From an uncultured Anaerolineae bacterium (lineage in GTDB: Bacteria; Chloroflexota; Anaerolineae; Fen-1058): a stretch of 64,000 nt of DNA. How positions within the stretch are numbered: position 1 is the stretch's first letter; each line of letters starts with the position of its first letter. Below are positions 24,310-35,334 of the stretch, one piece after another. The stretch lies in assembly GCA_964651475.1 (NCBI GenBank), contig CAZYXV010000018.1, forward strand, positions 11,474-75,473, written 5' to 3'. Below the pieces are notes generated by a model that was given only the letters and a program-made list of their open reading frames with translations, ran no database searches and had not been told where the DNA came from. The translations under genes were made by a program, and so were the position numbers.

Positions 24310-26469
24310 ATGGATTTACTCGAAGGACTCAATGATCAACAACGGGAAGCAGTAAAAGCGCAGGACGGACCTATATTGGTCCTGGCCGGGCCTGGCTCGG
24401 GCAAAACGCGCGTGCTCACCCAACGCGCGGCTTTTCTCATCCAGGAGCGCGGCATTGCGCCGTATCACATTGTGGCCGTCACGTTTACGAATAAAGCCGC
24501 GCGAGAAATGCGCGAGCGATTGGCGACGTTGTTGGGCGAGCCGCGCGTGGCCGATCTGACGCTGGGAACGTTTCACGCTACGTGCGCCCGCTGGCTGCGG
24601 CGCGACGGGCCGCACGTTGGCCTGGAGCGCGATTTCGTAATTTACGATACGTCGGACCAGGAATCGCTCGTAAAACAAGCCATTCGAGATTTGGACCTGG
24701 ACGACAAGAAATACAAGCCGTCCGCTCAGTTGGGCAAAATCAGCAATGCCAAGAATGAACTGATCGGCCCCGAAAGCTACCCGCCCGCCAGCTATGCCGA
24801 AGAGATCACGCGCCGCGTGTACACGCGCTACCAACAACTCTTGGTAGATAACAATGCAGTAGATTTTGACGATTTGCTCACGCTGGCGGTGCGCTTGCTC
24901 AACGAAAATCCAGCCTTGTTGCGGCGTTACCAGGAACGCTACACACACGTCCTGGTGGACGAATTTCAAGATACGAACACCGCACAGTACACGCTGGTGA
25001 AACTGCTGGCGGGCCAACACGCCAACGTGTTTTGCGTGGGCGACGAGGATCAATCCATTTACAAATGGCGCGGGGCGGATTCTCGCAACGTGCAGCGATT
25101 TTGCCAGGATTTTCCCGGCGCCGTCAAGATTCTGCTGGAACAAAATTACCGCTCGACGCAAACGATCCTGGAGGCGGCGCGGCGTGTGATTGATCACAAC
25201 AGCCGACGCACGCCCAAGCAATTATTCACGCGCCTGGAGCAAGGCACACCGATTGTCGTCCACGAGGCGTACAACGAAGACGACGAGGCGCTGTATGTAA
25301 TAGATACGATTACGGAACTGGTGAGCAAACGGCTGGCGCGCGCCGGAGACATTGCCGTGATGTATCGCACCAACGCCCAGTCGCGCGCGTTAGAAGACGC
25401 CTTTATCCGCGCCGGCATGCCGTATCGCCTGGTGGGCGCCACGCGCTTTTACGCCCGCAAAGAGATTAAAGACGCGCTGGCTTTTCTGCACCTGATTCAC
25501 AATCCCAACGATTCAGTGTCTCTGAGCCGCATCATCAACGTGCCGCCGCGCGGCATTGGCGCCAAGACGTTAGCAGATGTGATGGAACAGGCGCGCCAAG
25601 CAGAAGCTTCGGCGTACCAGGTACTGCGTTCAATCAAAGAGGCACAAGGACAAACCAGTGTGTTCGGGCGCTCTACCAAGGCGCTGCTTGGTTTTGTAGC
25701 CATGCTCGACGGTTGGATCACGCGCAAAGCCCAGTTGGGCGCGGGTGAACTGCTCGACCTGATTCTCAAAGAGACGGGCTATGGCCGTTACGTCAACGAT
25801 GGCACCGAAGAAGGTCAGGAGCGATGGGAAAACGTCCAAGAGCTGCGCGGCGTAGCCGCCGATTACACGCACGCCGTGAGCGACGATCCCCTGGCCGATT
25901 TTTTAAGCGACGTGTCGTTGGTTTCCGACCTCGATACGCTCTCCGACACGGCAGACGCACCCACGTTGATGACGCTGCACAGCGCCAAGGGCCTCGAATT
26001 CCCCGTGGTCTTTATCGCCGGGATGGAAGAGGGCACGCTGCCGCACAGCCGCTCGTTGGAGGATCGCGAAGAGTTGGAAGAAGAACGCCGCTTGTGCTAC
26101 GTGGGCATGACGCGCGCCAAGCAACGCCTGTACCTGTCGTATGCCTTCCGGCGCACGGTGTGGGGCGAGAATAACGCGCGCCAGCCCAGCCGCTTTCTGG
26201 GCGAGATTCCACCCGAATTGATGGCGGGCAATTTCCTCAAGCCGCGCGCCAGCCGGCCAAGCGAGGCTGTCCCCCCTCCCCGCCAGGAAAAGAAACGCGC
26301 GCCCGAGTTCGCCCTCGGCCAGCGCGTGCGGCACGCCAAATTTGGCGAAGGGATGGTGGTGGCAAGCAAAATGCAAGGGGGTGACGAGGAGATCACCGTG
26401 GCATTCAAAAAAGCCGGCATCAAGCGACTGCTGGTCAGCTTTGCCGGCCTGGAAAAGCTGCCGGGGTAA
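24310..26469 (+). CDS. pcrA: ATP-dependent DNA helicase PcrA/UvrD
   Basis: AGPGSGKT, TFTNKAA, VDEFQDTN, VGDEDQSIY, LEQNYRS, YRTNAQSR, MTLHSAKGLEF, EERRLCYVGMTRA, C-terminal Tudor-like GQRVRHAKFGEG. Confidence 0.97.
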   Translation: MDLLEGLNDQQREAVKAQDGPILVLAGPGSGKTRVLTQRAAFLIQERGIAPYHIVAVTFTNKAAREMRERLATLLGEPRVADLTLGTFHATCARWLRRDGPHVGLERDFVIYDTSDQESLVKQAIRDLDLDDKKYKPSAQLGKISNAKNELIGPESYPPASYAEEITRRVYTRYQQLLVDNNAVDFDDLLTLAVRLLNENPALLRRYQERYTHVLVDEFQDTNTAQYTLVKLLAGQHANVFCVGDEDQSIYKWRGADSRNVQRFCQDFPGAVKILLEQNYRSTQTILEAARRVIDHNSRRTPKQLFTRLEQGTPIVVHEAYNEDDEALYVIDTITELVSKRLARAGDIAVMYRTNAQSRALEDAFIRAGMPYRLVGATRFYARKEIKDALAFLHLIHNPNDSVSLSRIINVPPRGIGAKTLADVMEQARQAEASAYQVLRSIKEAQGQTSVFGRSTKALLGFVAMLDGWITRKAQLGAGELLDLILKETGYGRYVNDGTEEGQERWENVQELRGVAADYTHAVSDDPLADFLSDVSLVSDLDTLSDTADAPTLMTLHSAKGLEFPVVFIAGMEEGTLPHSRSLEDREELEEERRLCYVGMTRAKQRLYLSYAFRRTVWGENNARQPSRFLGEIPPELMAGNFLKPRASRPSEAVPPPRQEKKRAPEFALGQRVRHAKFGEGMVVASKMQGGDEEITVAFKKAGIKRLLVSFAGLEKLPG

Positions 26470-26492
26470 GATGAGGAACGGGGTATGTTGCA

Positions 26493-26972
26493 TTGCCTGT
26501 TTTAATTGATGGCCACAACCTGATCGCGCACATGCCCGATATGCGGCTGGACGACCCAGACGACGAGGCCAAGCTCGTCCTGCGGCTGCGGGCCTACAAT
26601 GCCCGCACGCGCAAAAAGATCGTCGTCATCTTTGATCACGGCGTGCCCGGCGGCTGGTCACGCGAGCTTTCGACCGGACCGGTCAAGGTGGTGTTTGCCG
26701 GATCGCACACCGACGCCGATCGCATTATGATTGAACGCATTCGGGCTGAAAAAAACGCGCGGGGGTGGACAGTCATATCTTCGGATCAACAAGTGCAGCG
26801 CGCGGCCCAGGCGCTGGGGGCGCGCGTGATAAGCGCAGACGAGTTCGCCGCCGACTTGCTCGCGCCACCTCCCCCGCGTGAAGCCTCTCGTGATGTGCGC
26901 CTCAGCCCCAGCGAAGTCAACGAATGGATGAAGCTGTTCAAAGAGGCGCGCAAGAAACGCCGCCGACCCTAA
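26493..26972 (+). CDS. NYN/PIN-domain protein (YacP-like)
   Basis: LIDGHNLI, IVVIFD, DADRIM, VISSD..V. Confidence 0.8.
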   Translation: MPVLIDGHNLIAHMPDMRLDDPDDEAKLVLRLRAYNARTRKKIVVIFDHGVPGGWSRELSTGPVKVVFAGSHTDADRIMIERIRAEKNARGWTVISSDQQVQRAAQALGARVISADEFAADLLAPPPPREASRDVRLSPSEVNEWMKLFKEARKKRRRP

Positions 26973-27024
26973 AGGTTTTAGGACCTGGGTGGTCACATCG
27001 TTGCTTTTTCGGCAAAGAAAATTC

Positions 27025-27076
27025 ACCACTAAGGACACCAAGGGCACAAAGTAAAAACCTTGGTGTCCTTTATGGT
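27025..27076. repeat. Palindromic repeat/hairpin between convergent NYN gene and tRNA
   Basis: Perfect 13-bp inverted repeat AAGGACACCAAGG (27031-43) / CCTTGGTGTCCTT (27058-70). Confidence 0.65.
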
Positions 27077-27130
27077 TTTGGTTCTGGCTCAGCCAGGCGA
27101 AGGGTTGTCAAAAGAGGTGTTGTGGGGATA

Positions 27131-27202
27131 TGGGCCCGGATGGGCTCGAACCATCAGCCAACGCTTTATGAGAGCGCTGCTCTGCCATTGAGCTACGGGC
27201 CC
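27131..27202 (-). tRNA. tRNA with CAT anticodon, probably tRNA-Ile2 (lysidine); CCA not encoded
   Basis: GGGCCCG TA GCTC AATGGCA GAGC A GCGCT CTCATAA AGCGT TGGCT GATGG TTCGAGC CCATC CGGGCCC A folds as a cloverleaf; G1-C72 excludes an initiator tRNA; upstream TTGACC-N16-TATACT. Confidence 0.92.
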
Positions 27203-27252
27203 GCACTCCAAGTATAATCATTTTCGGTTAGAGGTCAAGCCACTTGTCGCCA

Positions 27253-28182
27253 TCAGTCTGTGGCGCGGCGGCACACCAATCCCACCCAATCATTTTCCTG
27301 CAAGCGATGGACAACCTCCAATCCATCGCGAGCGAGCGCCTGGCGAACCTGGTCTTCTTGTGTATCAATCAATCCCGCAAATACGCCCCATCCGCCCGGC
27401 TCAATCACTTGGGACAATCCCTGATTACACAATTCGACAATGATTTTGGCCAGGATATTGACCAGGATAAATTTGAAATCTCGAATCTCGAATCTCGAAT
27501 TGAGCACGTCAGTCAATGATCCGCAATCAACTGTAACCACTGGGCTGACGTGATTAGCGCGTATATTGGCCTCTGCGGCATGAACGGCAACCGGGTCAAT
27601 ATCCACGGCCAACACGCGCGCCGCGCCCAGCTTGGCGGCCGCAATCGCCAGAATGCCAGAGCCTGTGCCCAGATCGAGCACCGTATCGCCCGGCTGCACA
27701 TGCTCTTCGAGCGCCGCCAGGCACATGCGCGTGGTTGGGTGCAGGCCCGTGCCAAAAGCCTGCCCTGGGTCAAGCTCTATAATCACATCTTCTGGTTGAG
27801 GGACATAGTCGCGCCACGAAGGCTTGATGACAAAACGCTGGCCGATGCGTGTGACGTGAAAGTGCTCTTTCCAGGCGTTGGCCCATTCTTCTTCAGCAAT
27901 GGCGCGAAACTGTGGCGCGGGCAGGGGGCGAATTTGCCCCAGGTGCCACAGCGCCTCCTCAATGCGCTGGCGCTTGCCGTCAGCCTCGGCATCCAGGGGC
28001 AAATAAGCCAATACGGTCACCATCGGTTCCAGGGGACCATCGGGTCGCCAGTCTTGGCCATGAACGATATCTAGCGCATTTTGCTGGCAAGCCACGCCGC
28101 CGGGGGCATAGCGGCTGAGAACATCCGATACCGCCTCGGCCAATTCAGGATCAACTTGAATCGAGATTTCAAGCCAGTTCAT
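27253..28182 (-). CDS. prmA: Ribosomal protein L11 methyltransferase
   Basis: WANAWK.HF, LDPGQAFGTG.HPTT, LDLGTGSGILAI, DIDPVAV, VNILA; follows dnaJ. Confidence 0.95.
   Translation of the reverse strand: MNWLEISIQVDPELAEAVSDVLSRYAPGGVACQQNALDIVHGQDWRPDGPLEPMVTVLAYLPLDAEADGKRQRIEEALWHLGQIRPLPAPQFRAIAEEEWANAWKEHFHVTRIGQRFVIKPSWRDYVPQPEDVIIELDPGQAFGTGLHPTTRMCLAALEEHVQPGDTVLDLGTGSGILAIAAAKLGAARVLAVDIDPVAVHAAEANIRANHVSPVVTVDCGSLTDVLNSRFEIRDFKFILVNILAKIIVELCNQGLSQVIEPGGWGVFAGLIDTQEDQVRQALARDGLEVVHRLQENDWVGLVCRRATD
27470..27500. repeat. Heptamer repeat (AATCTCG) x3+ inside prmA
   Basis: AATTTGA AATCTCG AATCTCG AATCTCG AAT; encodes NSRFEIRDFKF. Confidence 0.75.
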
Positions 28183-28239
28183 AATGGTTGATCACAGCTC
28201 TTTTGTAACGAGTATCGCGTGTGGCCGATGGGCAAATCC

Positions 28240-29376
28240 TCAAGTAGAAAAAATGTCTTTGAGCTTGTCCATAAAGCTCTTTTCCCGCTGCGGCGTCACC
28301 TCGTGTCCCATCGTCTTGCTGAACTCGACCATCAAGCGGCGCTGTTCTGCGTTGAGGGTAGTGGGAACCTTGACATTGATGACAACAAACTGGTCGCCCC
28401 GCCCGTTGCGGCGCAGGTGCGGCACGCCCTTGTTGCGCAGGCGCACCACTTCACCGCTTTGCGTGCCGGCCGTAATGGTGATCTTTTCCTCGCCATCGAG
28501 TGTGGGAATCGTGACCTCATCGCCCAAAGCGGCCTGAGCAATGTTGATGCCCACTTCCAGCACAATATCGTCTCCCTTGCGGCGAAAGTACTCGTGCGGC
28601 CTGACGTTCAACACAATATAGAGATTGCCACGCGGCCCGCCGTACAACCCTGGTTCGCCTTCGCCGGCCAGGCGAATTTGCGTGCCGTCGTCCACCCCGG
28701 CTGGAATATCCACACTCAACTTGCGCGGCGTGCGCACGCGCCCCGTTCCCCGGCAATGCGTGCACGGGATAGCAATCGTTTCTCCTTCCCCTTTGCACGT
28801 GGGGCAGGTGGCCACGTTAACAAATGAGCCAAGAATGGATTGCTGAACGCGGCGCACCTCGCCGGTGCCATTACAGGCCGTGCAGCGCAGCGGGGTCGTG
28901 CCCGGCTCAGCGCCGTTGCCGCCGCATTTGCTGCACATCTCCATGCGGTTGATTTCAATTTCATGGTGGCAACCGAACACGGCTTCTTCAAAGCTGACCG
29001 GCAAATCGTAGCGCAGGTCGGCGCCGCGGCGCGGGGCGCGGCGTTGCGCGGCGCGCCCGCCAAAGCCAGCGCCAAAAAATTCCTCAAAGATATCGGCAAA
29101 CCCGCCAAAGCCAAAATCGGATCCGCCCGCGGCGCCGCCTGTTACGCCCGCATGTCCATAGCGGTCGTACGCGCTGCGCTTTTGCGCGTCCGAAAGAACT
29201 TCGTAGGCCTCGTTAATTTCCTTAAAGCGCGCTTCGGCGCCCGACTCTTTGTTGACGTCTGGGTGGTATTGTCGCGCCAGCTTGCGGTAGGCTTTTTTAA
29301 TCTCCTCAGGAGTGGCGGTGCGCGCCACCCCCAGGAGCTCGTAATAATCTTGTTTGGTCGTTGTCGTCATGGGCAC
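28240..29376 (-). CDS. dnaJ: Chaperone DnaJ
   Basis: J domain HPD, G/F region, four CxxCxGxG repeats. Confidence 0.98.
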   Translation of the reverse strand: MPMTTTTKQDYYELLGVARTATPEEIKKAYRKLARQYHPDVNKESGAEARFKEINEAYEVLSDAQKRSAYDRYGHAGVTGGAAGGSDFGFGGFADIFEEFFGAGFGGRAAQRRAPRRGADLRYDLPVSFEEAVFGCHHEIEINRMEMCSKCGGNGAEPGTTPLRCTACNGTGEVRRVQQSILGSFVNVATCPTCKGEGETIAIPCTHCRGTGRVRTPRKLSVDIPAGVDDGTQIRLAGEGEPGLYGGPRGNLYIVLNVRPHEYFRRKGDDIVLEVGINIAQAALGDEVTIPTLDGEEKITITAGTQSGEVVRLRNKGVPHLRRNGRGDQFVVINVKVPTTLNAEQRRLMVEFSKTMGHEVTPQREKSFMDKLKDIFST

Positions 29377-29430
29377 CTGATAGGTGAAACATCAAGCGCC
29401 AACCGTGTGCTGCGCCTGACGTTCGACAAG

Positions 29431-31323
29431 CTAGCCCTGCGTAAACTCGCCATCCACCACATTCTCATCAGCGCCAGGCGCGCCGCCCGGCGGGGGCGCC
29501 TGGCCAGCTGCCCCGGGCTGTTCGTACATGGCCGCGCCAGCTTGCTGCAGCACCTGGGCCAGCTCTTGGGTCTTGCGCTGCAAGTCGCTTACCGCCGCGC
29601 TATCCAACACTTGCTTCAGAGCGTTGATCTTGTCTTCGATCTCGGCTTTGAATTTGCTCAACTTGCCTTCCTGATCGTCGCGCACAAGCTTTTCAGCCTG
29701 ATAAATCAACGTGTCAGCCTGGTTGCGCGCCTCTACACGTTCACGCTGCTTGCGGTCTTGCTCGCGAAAGTGTTCCGCGTCTTTGACCATTCGCTCGATT
29801 TCCTGGTCAGATAAACCGCTCGACGGCTGGATGGTGATATGCTGGCTGCGCGCGGTGGCCTTGTCTTGCGCATTCACATTCAGAATGCCGTTGGCGTCAA
29901 TGTCGAACGTGACCTCGATTTGAGGGATGCCGCGCGGCGCGGGCGGGATACCGTCCAAAATAAAACGACCCAAACTCTTGTTGTCGGCCGCCATGGGACG
30001 TTCGCCTTGCGTCACGTGAATCTCTACGCTCGGCTGCATGTCGCTGGCGGTCGAAAACACCTGGCTCTTGCGGCACGGGATCGTCGTATTGCGCTCGATA
30101 AGAGGAGTCGCCACTCCGCCCAGCGTTTCGATAGATAACGTGAGCGGCGTCACGTCCAGCAGCAGCACGTCTTTCACGTCACCTCGCAGCACGCCGGCCT
30201 GGATGGCTGCGCCAACACCCACCACTTCGTCCGGGTTGACGCCGCGATGGGGTTCCTTGCCAAAGAACTTGCGAACCGCCTCTTGCACTGCCGGCATGCG
30301 CGTCATGCCGCCCACCAGGACTATTTCGTCAATGTTCGCGGGGGTCAACTTGGCGTCTTCCAAAGCGCGCTTGCACGGCTCGATAGAGCGCTGAATCAAG
30401 TCTGCGGTGAGTTGCTCCAACTTGGCGCGCGTCAACGTGATCTGCAGATGCTTGGGGCCAGACATGTCGGCAGTGATGAAAGGCAAATTGATTTCCGTCT
30501 GCATCATCGTCGAAAGTTCAATCTTGGCCTTTTCCGATGCTTCTTTCAAACGTTGCAGCGCCTGGCGGTCTGTGCGCAGGTCAATACCGTGCTCTTTTTT
30601 AAATTCGTCGGCCACGTAATCCAGAACGCGCTGATCAAAATCATCGCCCCCCAGAAAAGTATCGCCGTTGGTAGACTTGACCTCGAACACGCCCTCGCCC
30701 ACGTCCAGGATTGAAATATCGAACGTACCGCCGCCCAAATCGTACACCGCGATGGTTTCGTCCTTCTTCTTATCCAGTCCATACGCCAACGAACTGGCTG
30801 TTGGCTCGTTAATGATACGCAGCACATCCAAGCCGGCGATTTTGCCGGCGTCTTTGGTCGCCTGGCGCTGGCTATCGTTGAAATAAGCCGGCACCGTAAT
30901 TACCGCCTGCATCACTGGCTCGCCCAGATAAGCTTCGGCGTCTTGTTTGATCTTTTGCAAGATCATGGCGCTGATTTCGGGCGGGCTATATTCCTTGCCG
31001 CCCATAATCACCCAGCAGTCGCCGTTTGGCGCCTCGACGACTTTGTAAGGCAATCGTTGCAAAGCGCGCTGCACTTCGGGGTCACTGAACTTGCGTCCCA
31101 TCAAACGTTTGACGGAAAACACTGTATTTTCGGGATTGACGACAGCCTGCCGTCGCGCCACCTGCCCGACCACGCGCTCGTTGTTTTTGGGATTAATGGC
31201 CACCACAGATGGAAATAACCGCCCGCCTTCCGAGGACGAAATCACCACTGGCTCGCCGCCTTCCATCACAGCGGCTACCGAAAAAGTCGTCCCCAGATCA
31301 ATACCGATGATTTTGCCTGCCAT
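29431..31323 (-). CDS. dnaK: Chaperone DnaK
   Basis: [52 protein letters not shown]. Confidence 0.99.
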   Translation of the reverse strand: MAGKIIGIDLGTTFSVAAVMEGGEPVVISSSEGGRLFPSVVAINPKNNERVVGQVARRQAVVNPENTVFSVKRLMGRKFSDPEVQRALQRLPYKVVEAPNGDCWVIMGGKEYSPPEISAMILQKIKQDAEAYLGEPVMQAVITVPAYFNDSQRQATKDAGKIAGLDVLRIINEPTASSLAYGLDKKKDETIAVYDLGGGTFDISILDVGEGVFEVKSTNGDTFLGGDDFDQRVLDYVADEFKKEHGIDLRTDRQALQRLKEASEKAKIELSTMMQTEINLPFITADMSGPKHLQITLTRAKLEQLTADLIQRSIEPCKRALEDAKLTPANIDEIVLVGGMTRMPAVQEAVRKFFGKEPHRGVNPDEVVGVGAAIQAGVLRGDVKDVLLLDVTPLTLSIETLGGVATPLIERNTTIPCRKSQVFSTASDMQPSVEIHVTQGERPMAADNKSLGRFILDGIPPAPRGIPQIEVTFDIDANGILNVNAQDKATARSQHITIQPSSGLSDQEIERMVKDAEHFREQDRKQRERVEARNQADTLIYQAEKLVRDDQEGKLSKFKAEIEDKINALKQVLDSAAVSDLQRKTQELAQVLQQAGAAMYEQPGAAGQAPPPGGAPGADENVVDGEFTQG

Positions 31324-31408
31324 AATAGCTCCTGAAAAAATTAAGCTTTTCTCCCAACACCACGTACTCAGCGCCCAATGCGATATGTGAGATTTGATAT
31401 TGGGTATT

Positions 31409-31981
31409 TCATTTTGCCACGCGCACCAGGGTTGGGCGCAACACCGTTTCGCCCAGCCGATAGCCTTTTTGAAGTTCAGCGATGATGGTGTTGGGTGAGT
31501 GGTCTGGGGCCTCTTCGTGCGTCACGGCTTCGTGTATCGCCGGGTCAAACACATCGCCCTCGTGAACCTCGATGGGCTGCACGCCCGCCGATTCAAAGGC
31601 TCGCTGTAATTTGCGGTAAATCATCCCTATGCCTTCGACCCAAGGCAGATTGTCCAGCTCACCAGGGACAGCCGCCAGAGCGCGCTCAAAATCGTCGCTC
31701 ACCGGCAGCAACTTGAGGACGAGTTCAGCGTTGGCGTATTGCCCTGCCTCAGCGCGTTCTTTTTCAAAACGGCGCCGGGCGTTCGCCAGTTCCGCCCGCG
31801 CTCGCTGCCATCCATCCAGGTATTCCTGCGATTGCGCGTGCAGTTGTTCCAGTTCTTTTCGAAGCGATTCCAGTTCGCTTTCCGGGGCGGCCTCTTGAGC
31901 GCCAGCGTCTATCACATCGCTTGCAGGCTGGAGAATGTCATTCTCCACGTGTTCCACGTTATCTTGATTGTGTTCAGTCAC
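31409..31981 (-). CDS. grpE: Nucleotide exchange factor GrpE
   Basis: [41 protein letters not shown]. Confidence 0.97.
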   Translation of the reverse strand: MTEHNQDNVEHVENDILQPASDVIDAGAQEAAPESELESLRKELEQLHAQSQEYLDGWQRARAELANARRRFEKERAEAGQYANAELVLKLLPVSDDFERALAAVPGELDNLPWVEGIGMIYRKLQRAFESAGVQPIEVHEGDVFDPAIHEAVTHEEAPDHSPNTIIAELQKGYRLGETVLRPTLVRVAK

Positions 31982-33032
31982 GATGGGTTGACTCCTCGCC
32001 GCTCGAATACATATCGGAAACCAAAGTGCTCATCAGATCAGCCACGTAGCGCATGGTGCTGACTGTGCGTCCATACGGCATGCGCGTTGGTCCCAGCACA
32101 CCCAGGGCGCCTGTGGCATAATTATTCACGCCGTAACGCGCCAACACCAAGCTACAGTCACGCAATTCATTCCAATGGCCCTCGCCGCCAATGACCACTT
32201 GCACGTTGCCCACGTCTGGCGATAAAGCCTGCGCCAATATCTCTTCCAGCAAACTGCGCTCCTCAATCACACGCAGAACCGTCTCCACCTCGTGGCGGTT
32301 AACGAACTCGGGCTGGCGCAACACTTCAGACAGGCCGTCGTGATAAATTTGATCGGACACGCGCGCGCTCGACTGTTCCAGAACATCGGTCACGATTTCA
32401 AGAATCTCGGCTTCAAACTTGGATAGCGTGAAGGTGCTTTTACGAGCTTTGATAACATCAGCCGAAATATCTTTGCAAAGCGCATTCAGACGAGTGGAAG
32501 CCTCAGTCAATGCCTCTTGCGCCAGCGGTTCGGCCAGCGTGAGCATTTCTTGCTTAACCGCACCATCCTGGAAAACTACAATTAGTAATACCAAGCGGCC
32601 TTGCGTCGCAATGAGTTGCATGTGTTTAAAGCGCGCCACGCTGGCTTGCGGCGCAGTCACCACTGCCGCGCTTCGCGAGGCGCGCACCAGCACCGCCGCC
32701 GCCAGCCGCATCCATTGTTCCAGATTGAGGCGAGCCTGGTGAAATTGGTGCGTAATCATACGCCGCTCTTCAGGCGGCAACTCGGTCTCGTCCAAATTCT
32801 CGACAAAATAACGATACCCCCGGTCAGTCGGCAGCCGCCCGGCCGACGTGTGAGGATGCGTGAGATAGCCCATCTCTTCCAGATTAGCCAACTCGTTGCG
32901 GATCGTGGCCGTGCTGATTCCAAGGTCATAGCGTTCGGCCAGCGTCTTCGACCCGACCGGTGATGCGTTTGCCACATACTCACGCACAATTAGTTTTAGA
33001 ATTACTTGCTGTCTTGGGCTTAGTTCTTCCAT
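31974..33032 (-). CDS. hrcA: Heat-inducible transcription repressor HrcA
   Basis: PVGSKTL, STATIRNELA.LE..GYL.HPHTSAGR.PTDRGYRYFV, LGVLGPTRM.Y. Confidence 0.97.
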   Translation of the reverse strand: MEELSPRQQVILKLIVREYVANASPVGSKTLAERYDLGISTATIRNELANLEEMGYLTHPHTSAGRLPTDRGYRYFVENLDETELPPEERRMITHQFHQARLNLEQWMRLAAAVLVRASRSAAVVTAPQASVARFKHMQLIATQGRLVLLIVVFQDGAVKQEMLTLAEPLAQEALTEASTRLNALCKDISADVIKARKSTFTLSKFEAEILEIVTDVLEQSSARVSDQIYHDGLSEVLRQPEFVNRHEVETVLRVIEERSLLEEILAQALSPDVGNVQVVIGGEGHWNELRDCSLVLARYGVNNYATGALGVLGPTRMPYGRTVSTMRYVADLMSTLVSDMYSSGEESTHRD

Positions 33033-33051
33033 TAGCACCCCTGCTAACCTA

Positions 33052-33078
33052 TTAGCACTCTCGAAACGAGAGTGCTAA
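33052..33078. promoter_or_regulatory. CIRCE operator (HrcA site)
   Basis: Exact TTAGCACTC-N9-GAGTGCTAA. Confidence 0.98.
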
Positions 33079-33091
33079 TACTGCGTACAAT

Positions 33092-33120
33092 ATAATACCA
33101 TGAAGCGCATGACGTGTCAA
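33092..33120 (-). promoter_or_regulatory. Sigma70 promoter of the hrcA operon
   Basis: TTGACA-N17-TATTAT immediately upstream of CIRCE. Confidence 0.8.
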
Positions 33121-33145
33121 GGAGCATAGAGTATTTCTGCTTGCT

Positions 33146-33293
33146 CTAGCAGCCTGTCGGAGAGGGTGCCGGGCGCTCCACTTGATGGCGTCGGAGTCTC
33201 GAACTTGTTCAGGGTTGCCCCACTTGATGGGTCAAAACTGCCTCAACAAGTTGGTGACTCCCTACAACCCAAGGCTCTCCGACAGGCTGCCAG
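33146..33293. mobile_element. MITE-like element with 15-bp perfect TIRs (same ends as family A, different interior)
   Basis: CTAG-CAGCCTGTCGGAGAG...CTCTCCGACAGGCTG-CCAG; internal inverted repeat AACTTGTT/AACAAGTT and direct repeat CCACTTGATGG x2. Confidence 0.65.
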
Positions 33294-33326
33294 GTACATT
33301 GGAAAACAGGAATATGTAAAAAAAGC

Positions 33327-33413
33327 GTAACTGCTCAGCCCGCCGTCCTCGGCGGGCGTTACTGGCCGCACATAGCCGCGCCAGGGACGGCGCGGCGAGC
33401 GAGGCTGAGTTAC
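33327..33413. repeat. Palindromic element with family-A interior but GTAAC(TGC)TCAGCC/GGCTGAGTTAC ends
   Basis: Contains CCGCCGTCCTCGGCGG and GCGCCAGGGACGGCGC hairpins, as at 24204 and 35335. Confidence 0.6.
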
Positions 33414-33475
33414 AAAAAAGCCAGGTTTCAACGACCCGGCAAGTCTATCGTGATTTGGTTTGCAGCAGGATTTGG

Positions 33476-35143
33476 CTATTTGCTCAGAAACTTGACCGCG
33501 TCAAAGCCGATACTACGCGAGCCAGCCGCCTCCTCAGTGACGCCGTCCAGGTGAGCAAACTCGGTTCCATTGGCGTTAAAGTTATACTCTCCCAGGCTAA
33601 CCCACCGCCCCACATTTTTGCGCTGGTCAATCGTTACCGTCGTAACGTCACCCTCGTGCTTGATGTAATAGATGGCATGTTCTGTGGGGTTGCGCATCCA
33701 CGGAATGTAGGCCAACACCTCGTAGCGCCCCGGCTTGGGCAATGCCGGCGTCCAACGCGCCCACCACCCTGCCTGGTTGCTCGCCTGCCAAAAACGCTTG
33801 CCATAGCCAGATCGAATCAGGCTCCAGCCTGCCTCGTCGCCGCCGCGCACAAAGCCGGCATCGGTATCATCCACCAAAGCCTGGGTCGAGGTGGTATTAG
33901 CGCGTTGCCAGGTCACAGAAATGCGAGCGGGGCCATTCTGATCATAATATTCAACCTTGAGTGCATACGTGCCCGCTGTCAAGTAAACATCGGCCAAATA
34001 GGTTTGCGAGTCGGCGGGGTGCCACTCGTCCACCGCCAGGCGATCCCCCACCCACAGACGTACGCCATCATCGGCCAGTACAATAAAACGATAATACCCT
34101 GCCGGAGAAAGAGCAATGCTACGCGTCCACCGCGCTGAAAAGAAATCCGAGGGCAGGCCGGTGATTGGAGCGCCGTCGCCCCACGCAAAATCAATCGCCT
34201 TGTCGTCGCGTACCAGCACCGCGCCGCCGCTCAGGTCCGGCGTTGTGTAATATTCGCCGCGCCATCCTGTGATGTTGGGCGGCGGCGGTTGAGCCGGCTG
34301 CCAGAGCAAACTCAGGCTGGCATTGCGATAGCTCTCATAGTATTCAACCTGAACGTGATGATTGCCGGCTTTGACGGCTGCCGTGCCAGAATAGGTGGTC
34401 TTGGCCGTCTCGTGCCATTGGTCAATCACCAGACCGCCATCTACCCACAAACGAACGCCGCCTTCGGTAGTAAGATTAAATTGGTACACTCCTGCGGCCA
34501 TAAACACATCGCGGGTAAAACGCGCCGAAAACCAGTTATGATGGAACCACTTGCCAGGCGAGCCGCTGCCCCAATCTATGGTCAGGGTGTCCAAATAATC
34601 TGTCATGCCGGGTGTGCCGTCCAACTCGATATTGGTAAAATATTCCGCTTTCCAGGGAAGAGTGGCCTCAGGTTGGTAGACCAGTTTGGCCATGGCAGCA
34701 CCCTCGTGCTCATAGTATTCCACTTTCAGGCGGTGCTCACCCGCCGCCAGAGACACATCAGCCGTCACCCAGGCATCTTGCCGATCTAGCCATTGATCAA
34801 TCACCAACAAATCATCCACCCACACGCGCAGACCGTCGTCTGAGTTGGCGTAAAAGCGATAGTTGCCCGTCCATTCCAGGTTGACCGTGCGCGTCCAGCG
34901 CGCCGAAAAATTGTCGGCGCTCACGCCGGCCCCGGGCGCATGGAGGCCCCACTCGAAGCGGAGCACGCTATCGTACCGCACCAATACGGGCGAACCGGAT
35001 AGCGTGGTATTGTTGAAATATTCGCCGCGCCACGCATCATCGGCCCGCACGGGCGCAGCAAACACTGAGACCAAGGGGGCCGCTATGACCGCCAACGCCC
35101 CCAAAATAGCCAACAACCTAGTTTGCATAGTCTCGTTCCTCAC
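33476..35143 (-). CDS. Secreted protein with three PA14 domains and a C-terminal golvesin/CBM-like domain
   Basis: Signal peptide; three repeats of W.GEY......G.P...R.D..I.F.WG...P......D.FSARW...DDG.R.W......LD.W; C-terminal DDTDAGF...WTPALPKPGRYEVLAYIP. Confidence 0.8.
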   Translation of the reverse strand: MRNETMQTRLLAILGALAVIAAPLVSVFAAPVRADDAWRGEYFNNTTLSGSPVLVRYDSVLRFEWGLHAPGAGVSADNFSARWTRTVNLEWTGNYRFYANSDDGLRVWVDDLLVIDQWLDRQDAWVTADVSLAAGEHRLKVEYYEHEGAAMAKLVYQPEATLPWKAEYFTNIELDGTPGMTDYLDTLTIDWGSGSPGKWFHHNWFSARFTRDVFMAAGVYQFNLTTEGGVRLWVDGGLVIDQWHETAKTTYSGTAAVKAGNHHVQVEYYESYRNASLSLLWQPAQPPPPNITGWRGEYYTTPDLSGGAVLVRDDKAIDFAWGDGAPITGLPSDFFSARWTRSIALSPAGYYRFIVLADDGVRLWVGDRLAVDEWHPADSQTYLADVYLTAGTYALKVEYYDQNGPARISVTWQRANTTSTQALVDDTDAGFVRGGDEAGWSLIRSGYGKRFWQASNQAGWWARWTPALPKPGRYEVLAYIPWMRNPTEHAIYYIKHEGDVTTVTIDQRKNVGRWVSLGEYNFNANGTEFAHLDGVTEEAAGSRSIGFDAVKFLSK

Positions 35144-35176
35144 ACTTGCTCAATTTGTATCTTCTCAGTAATGGAG

Positions 35177-35232
35177 GTAGGGGTAGGGCTTGCCCCTACC
35201 CACATACAGGCGACCGCAAGGCTTGCCCCTAC
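35177..35232. repeat. REP-like GTAGGGG...CCCCTAC palindrome
   Basis: GTAGGGGTAGGGCTTGCCCCTACCC...GGCGACCGCAAGGCTTGCCCCTAC, resembling RAYT-associated REPs. Confidence 0.55.
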
Positions 35233-35334
35233 ATTTTGGGATGATACCTCAATTTGCCCGAATAGCATGCAATAAGACGTTCCAGGCTAGTCAAAAGTTC
35301 CCCTTGCGCGCTTTCTATCCACAAGCGCGCGGGC

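Noticed and set aside
27131-27202. Initiator or elongator tRNA-Met
   Set aside because: No C1:A72 mismatch or triple G-C anticodon stem, so not initiator. The GGGCCC acceptor resembles Ile2, though elongator Met cannot be fully excluded.
33146-33413. CRISPR array or tmRNA
   Set aside because: Repeats are inverted and not regularly spaced; no tRNA-like tmRNA ends or tag ORF; no cas genes.
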